Origin: a virus
Length of the DNA: 29,596 bases
Strand: one strand, 5' to 3'
Virus genome (UHGV): UHGV-0100673
Shown: one piece after another, positions 25,335 to 29,596 of the stretch
How positions within the stretch are numbered: the first letter of the stretch is position 1
Layout: the number at the start of each line of letters is the position of its first letter
Made by a program: the position numbers and the translations under genes
Notes under the pieces: model-generated
The model's database searches: none
Seen by the model: the letters and a program-made list of their open reading frames with translations, nothing else
What the model was told of the DNA's origin: nothing

Positions 25335-26225
25335 ATGCTTGACTTCATCCGTGACATTTACTCCTCTTTCCGCCAAGCATCTCTTGAGCGGGTGAAAAGC
25401 CCGTTCCTTGGGGCATTTGTTTTTTCCTGGCTTTGCTTTAATTGGCAGATGTTAGCAATTCTATTTTTTAGTTCTAAGGATATTGAAAAGCGCCTTGCTA
25501 TTATTAATGGCTCTTTCGGCATCGTCAGCTTTTTAATTGCGCCAATATGCACTACAGCATTGATAGTTATCCTTTTACCGCAAATTAATAAATTGATTAC
25601 AATAATACAAGATAAACCTAACTCAGACACAATTGAAATGAGCCTTGCATCTAAAATAAAGATCGCCGAACTGCAGCAACTATTAGCAGAAAATGAAGCA
25701 AGAAAGAAACTTGCTGATAAAAAAGAAGAACGCTTCATTGAAGAGAATATTATTTCAATAAAAAAAGACCATGAAAAAGCAATAGATAACCTTAAAGACA
25801 AAGAAAGCAAAATCTCAAATCTCACGGACACAATAACTGAACTTCAGAGCAAACTGGTTAAAGCTGAGGCCACTCTCAAAGTTGAACAGGAGTCAAGATC
25901 CCAAGTGCAGAATGAATTGATTATTGAAAAAGAGAACAAGCGGAAATTAGAAGACAACATTCTGCACCTTAATTTAAGTTTAAAAAAAAACCAATCAGAA
26001 TTGGCCATTGCAAAAGAAGCCTATGATAATACCTTGATGGCTTATAATGAACTTAACACAACATTAAAAAAAGCAGAAAGCTCAATAATAAACTTCAATG
26101 CTAACTTTCCTTTTTTAACTGACATAAATAACAGCACCCCAAATACATACTTAAAAATAAATAAAAATGCATGGGATCATTTAGTTAGTTTAAATTTAAG
26201 TCTAAAGGAGAAAATACAAAAATAA
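25335..26225 (+). CDS. Membrane-anchored coiled-coil protein, AT-rich accessory (moron) gene of unknown function
   Basis: 296 aa; two N-terminal hydrophobic helices (FLGAFVFSWLCFNWQMLAILFF and IVSFLIAPICTTALIVILLP) then about 200 aa of Lys/Glu/Leu/Asn-rich heptad-like sequence; codons dominated by A/T with frequent ATA and some AGA; opposite strand to the flanking terminase and portal genes. Confidence 0.65.
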   Translation: MLDFIRDIYSSFRQASLERVKSPFLGAFVFSWLCFNWQMLAILFFSSKDIEKRLAIINGSFGIVSFLIAPICTTALIVILLPQINKLITIIQDKPNSDTIEMSLASKIKIAELQQLLAENEARKKLADKKEERFIEENIISIKKDHEKAIDNLKDKESKISNLTDTITELQSKLVKAEATLKVEQESRSQVQNELIIEKENKRKLEDNILHLNLSLKKNQSELAIAKEAYDNTLMAYNELNTTLKKAESSIINFNANFPFLTDINNSTPNTYLKINKNAWDHLVSLNLSLKEKIQK

Positions 26226-26248
26226 ATAACCAATCCACTATGGCATAT

Positions 26249-27718
26249 TTACTCATACGGGTCATAATCTATTATAGCCCTGCCCTGCTGCTGCCGTGGG
26301 TCATTAGTTTTCTTGGCTACCGGGAACGCAAACGTCAGCAGTAGCGCATCGCCTTTACCAGGTGAACGCCCAAGTCGTTCTTTGATATCTTCCTTCGGTT
26401 CGATAACGATTTTACCGTCCACGCGAACTTTGTACTCTGCCGCAGACAGATCGTCCGCTGTTTCCTGGTCATCCAGCATCCCGCCCAACCTCAGCCATGT
26501 CTTGCATGAGTTGAACATCTCCCCGCGCTTGTTGAGCATCTGAGGGTCAGTAGACGCGCCGCCGAACGGAACAAGTTGCCAAGTACGCCCCCAGCCATCA
26601 CCGATTGACTTCAAACCGGTTCCGTAACCGAAGTCGATGAACACCGCGTCAGCCTGATACTGGTCTTCAAAGTCAGCGATACGCTTCGCCATAATCAGAT
26701 CGTCAGTGGTCTTGTTGCCAGTCCACAGCACCTTACTGTGCAGCCCCTGCCGCAGGTATATCACAGCGTCATCAACGCCGGAGTATGCCGGGTCAACGCC
26801 GATTATCACCGGAGCATGTGCCACCTGCGCAGCGGTTACCACCCGTTTCATTGCCTCGTCAGTAAGACCGGTAGGGATAAACTGCAATTCAGATGCATCA
26901 GGGAATATGCCACGCACACGGATTTTAACGAAGTCGCTGTCTTCCCCGTAGTCATCAACCCATTTCTGCAACTGATGTTTGTTAGTGCCTTCCACCGTCC
27001 GGCTGTCAATCTGCGCAGTTTTCCAGCGATGTTTATATTTGCGGAAACATTCGCGGAAACGTCCGGTGTTACGTGTAGGGTTTCCGAACGCCACCCAGAT
27101 AATCTCAGTGTCTTCGTCCGTAAGCGCACCCTCAGCAACTTCCCACACCAGATCCGCAATGTTCGACGCTTCATCGAATACCACGATGATGCGTTTGCGC
27201 TCGTTGTGTAGTCCGGCGAATGCCTCAGTGTTGTGCTCAGACCAGGGGATTGCGTCAGCTCGCCACCGCTTGTCGTGCCCAGGGTCATTGCTGTACATCG
27301 CGGTAGCGGTACAGGTAAACCAGTCTTTCGTGATAGCAAGGTTCGACCACTTGATAATTTCCGGCCAGGTCTTCGTTCGTAGCTGGTTGTCGGTGTTGGC
27401 GGTCACCACGACCTTACAATCCTCGCAAGTGGACATGCCCCAGTTGATCAACATTGAGATGAATGCTGATTTACCAATACCGTGGCCCGAAGCACGTGCC
27501 AGCATAAGCGGCTGATAGCGCGTCTCGGGATTCTGCAGGTGATCACGTATCTCTCGGAACGCATCGGCCTGCCACTGACGTGGGCCGGTAGCATGTGCCA
27601 GTTCAGTCCCCTCTTCCCCCCACGGGAACGCATAGAGGGCATAGCCAAGCGGATCGTGAGTGAACCCTGCAATATCCTCGATCAACTGCTCTTCAGGAGA
27701 TAACGCTGCATCTGTCAC
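26249..27718 (-). CDS. Terminase large subunit
   Basis: 489 aa; Walker-A-like segment GHGIGKSAF in the N-terminal half, acidic nuclease-type C-terminal half; start overlaps the stop of the upstream small-subunit gene. Confidence 0.85.
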   Translation of the reverse strand: MTDAALSPEEQLIEDIAGFTHDPLGYALYAFPWGEEGTELAHATGPRQWQADAFREIRDHLQNPETRYQPLMLARASGHGIGKSAFISMLINWGMSTCEDCKVVVTANTDNQLRTKTWPEIIKWSNLAITKDWFTCTATAMYSNDPGHDKRWRADAIPWSEHNTEAFAGLHNERKRIIVVFDEASNIADLVWEVAEGALTDEDTEIIWVAFGNPTRNTGRFRECFRKYKHRWKTAQIDSRTVEGTNKHQLQKWVDDYGEDSDFVKIRVRGIFPDASELQFIPTGLTDEAMKRVVTAAQVAHAPVIIGVDPAYSGVDDAVIYLRQGLHSKVLWTGNKTTDDLIMAKRIADFEDQYQADAVFIDFGYGTGLKSIGDGWGRTWQLVPFGGASTDPQMLNKRGEMFNSCKTWLRLGGMLDDQETADDLSAAEYKVRVDGKIVIEPKEDIKERLGRSPGKGDALLLTFAFPVAKKTNDPRQQQGRAIIDYDPYE

Positions 27719-28347
27719 TGATTGCCATCCTGACGTTCTTTGAGTCGCTTCCTGGCTGCTGCTATGCGATCAGCAATTGTCACATTCACATTAACATCCA
27801 GACGTTCTTTGAACGCGTTAACGTCGACGTGCTTACCGATGAGCTCGAGGTTTTTCACCTTGTCGGGCCATTTCACCTTCTTCAGGATATGCTCGACATC
27901 CTCAACAGAGAGATCCGCCTCGCCATTCTCTTTTTGCAGGGAAGCCTGGGTTGTCTTGATGGTAGCGATATCCATAGCACTGAGAGAGGTACGCCAGACC
28001 TTCGGCCATTCAGCGATCGGCTTCATCCCGCCGTCATCGTTCAGTATATCCAGCACGTCCATCTGGTCGATCTCCACCAGGCGCATGAGAACGTAATCAG
28101 CACTGACGCGCATTCGTTTGTTGCGCTCCTCCATCAACTCGGCAATCCGTTTTTGAATGCGTTCATCGCGCATCATGACACTGGCTTTAACTGCCGCTGT
28201 ATTTGGGGAGAATCCTGCGTTAATCGCTGCCTGAGTCTGGTTTTCAGGCGTTTTGATGTATGACTGGCAATAAGCCTCCTGCATTGCTGTTAGTGGCTTA
28301 AATTGCGTTGATTTGCGTTTATAGGTTTTAGGTTCAGCAGGCATCAT
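27715..28347 (-). CDS. Terminase small subunit
   Basis: Helix-turn-helix-like N-terminal region (LTAMQEAYCQSYIKTPENQTQAAINAGFSPNTAAV) and position immediately upstream of terL. Start set at ATG 28347 (MMPAEPK); the ORF-track start at 28425 is TTG and adds a low-complexity Thr/Ile/Val leader. Confidence 0.7.
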   Translation of the reverse strand: MMPAEPKTYKRKSTQFKPLTAMQEAYCQSYIKTPENQTQAAINAGFSPNTAAVKASVMMRDERIQKRIAELMEERNKRMRVSADYVLMRLVEIDQMDVLDILNDDGGMKPIAEWPKVWRTSLSAMDIATIKTTQASLQKENGEADLSVEDVEHILKKVKWPDKVKNLELIGKHVDVNAFKERLDVNVNVTIADRIAAARKRLKERQDGNQ

Positions 28348-28465
28348 AACCACCGTGGTAATAGTTACCGTTGTGGTAATAGTACCATGCAAAATAAAGC
28401 CGCCATAGTTGGCGGCAGTATTCAAAACCCGTCAAATTCATCATGCATAATCTACTCGTGACATG

Positions 28466-28813
28466 TCACACTATTAATTTCGTTTCATGCCAGCCTTTAG
28501 TCACCCAGCATTGCAAGTCACCATTACACGGACATGAATTAACTGGAACTCTCTCGCCGCACTTACCGCAACATTTTCTGCTGATCGATTTTATACGCCC
28601 GAGCACGCGTGCATCATCCTGGCGGATCAGTAACGCTATATACTCACCAAATTCGTAAGGCGCACGCCCGGGGCGACGCGTGGCACAGTTACGCTCCAGC
28701 ATTTCAATTTCCTGAGCATCAAGCACAATTTCCAGCTTACGCACACCAGATGCAGCTTGTCTGGCTCTCTGAGCGGCTTTGCGCTCTGCGGGGGATTTAG
28801 CCACGAATCGCAC
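28466..28813 (-). CDS. Hypothetical protein with C-terminal Cys cluster (possible zinc-binding)
   Basis: 115-aa ORF, GTG start as drawn; C-terminus contains CCGKCGERVPVNSCPCNGDLQC; basic N-terminal half. Confidence 0.4.
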   Translation of the reverse strand: MRFVAKSPAERKAAQRARQAASGVRKLEIVLDAQEIEMLERNCATRRPGRAPYEFGEYIALLIRQDDARVLGRIKSISRKCCGKCGERVPVNSCPCNGDLQCWVTKGWHETKLIV

Positions 28814-28918
28814 TCCACGCCAGATTGATTAATGACTCCCAGGCAATATAAACCCGGATACCAGCAGCCAGGCCGAAACCAATCACCATGGCATAAAGCA
28901 GAGCGTTGCACTTGTTCA

Positions 28919-29509
28919 TTACTTCACCTCCTGCGGCGGTTCTGGTAGCGGCATCCAGTGGGTTACCTCTTTGAGATACAGGTCTTCGCCACCACCGTCA
29001 TCCCAAGTGGGATTGCCATCATTAAACCAGTCGCCATATACGCCGACCTGAGTGTTGGGGATGTTTGGTGGGTAGTTGTTTTTAAAGTCAGCTGCTAACA
29101 CATAGCATTGTCGCTCTCCCATTTCTGGCATTCGCTCACTACAGCTTATCCAACCATCCGGAGTTACCGGAGTTGGTCCATCGAATTCGGGCATGTCAGG
29201 ACCTTTTCTGATAGCTTTAGCTAGCTCCAGCGGGTCATCGTAAAGCCAGTCGCCAGTTTGTGGGTGATTTGCTTCTGCAAGCTGCGCAGCCCATTCAAGA
29301 CCATCTTTTTGACCTTGGAGATAATCAAGTGGCAACTCTTCATGATTACTTGCAGGTTCGGCACTATCAGCTTCGCGCCGCTTCTGTAGCTCTGCTGCCA
29401 TTGCTCTCACGACTTCAACTGGTGCCCTTGCAGCAAACTCTATGTTGGTGATCAGCTCATTAAGATATTGCTCGCCTGGATACTGTTTCTTATCGGTTAT
29501 AGTGGTCAT
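28919..29509 (-). CDS. DUF551-like phage protein
   Basis: C-terminal motif THWMPLPEPP and surrounding Trp/Asp/Gly-rich region match DUF551-type phage proteins from memory; start set at internal ATG 29509, which has a perfect AAGGAG SD, rather than 29551. Confidence 0.55.
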   Translation of the reverse strand: MTTITDKKQYPGEQYLNELITNIEFAARAPVEVVRAMAAELQKRREADSAEPASNHEELPLDYLQGQKDGLEWAAQLAEANHPQTGDWLYDDPLELAKAIRKGPDMPEFDGPTPVTPDGWISCSERMPEMGERQCYVLAADFKNNYPPNIPNTQVGVYGDWFNDGNPTWDDGGGEDLYLKEVTHWMPLPEPPQEVK

Positions 29510-29596
29510 ATCACTCTCCTTTGATGCGAATGCCAGCGGTGCGGGAATCATTCCATCGCTTTACTTCTTCACGAATTACGTCAATGCATTCTTTCG

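Larger units (their letters stand above)
1238..29596. mobile_element. Prophage (partial; continues beyond the window end), temperate podovirus type with T7-like virion gene order
   Basis: Contiguous terminase, portal, scaffold, capsid, tail tube, internal virion, tailspike and lysis genes ending at a junction next to host genes yfgH/yfgI with a guaA 3' remnant. Confidence 0.85.

Noticed and set aside
1-29596. CRISPR array or other long tandem repeat array.
   Set aside because: No regularly spaced direct repeats with unique spacers were seen; the only repeats are short palindromes and one two-copy direct repeat.
1363-29596. Integrase, excisionase or immunity repressor.
   Set aside because: No ORF in the window has recognisable recombinase or CI-type features; these presumably lie in the part of the prophage beyond the window end.

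Overview
The window holds two host genes (yfgH/yfgI-like secreted proteins, + strand, 70..1143) followed by about 28 kb of a temperate podovirus-type prophage that continues past the window end. Most phage genes are on the minus strand in T7-like virion order: terminase small and large subunits, portal, scaffold, capsid, gp11/gp12-like tail tube, a run of large internal virion proteins, tailspike, then a lysis cassette (two holin-like proteins, GH19 endolysin, Rz with embedded Rz1). The host-proximal junction (about 1215..1260) carries what looks like the last codons of guaA on the minus strand, consistent with integration into the guaA 3' end as in epsilon15/phiV10-like phages; that rests on recall of the GuaA C-terminus. 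Two accessory insertions on the opposite (+) strand interrupt the structural genes. The first (5419..8110) holds an SOS-box-controlled small antirepressor-like gene, a BRO-N antirepressor sharing its C-terminal domain, a translationally coupled two-gene module whose second product resembles a YafO-family toxin (from memory, unverified), and a small secreted Cys peptide. The second (24604..26248), between terL and portal, holds a phage-borne tRNA-Arg(UCU) and a strongly AT-rich gene for a membrane-anchored coiled-coil protein. A palindrome TTACC-N5-GGTAA recurs five times, always in intergenic regions of these accessory loci, suggesting one shared regulator. The toxin-like module and the AT-rich gene plus tRNA are the best candidates for an undescribed accessory or defence function. 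No CRISPR array, integrase or immunity repressor is visible here. All functional calls come from reading the translations and motifs by eye; no database search was run.
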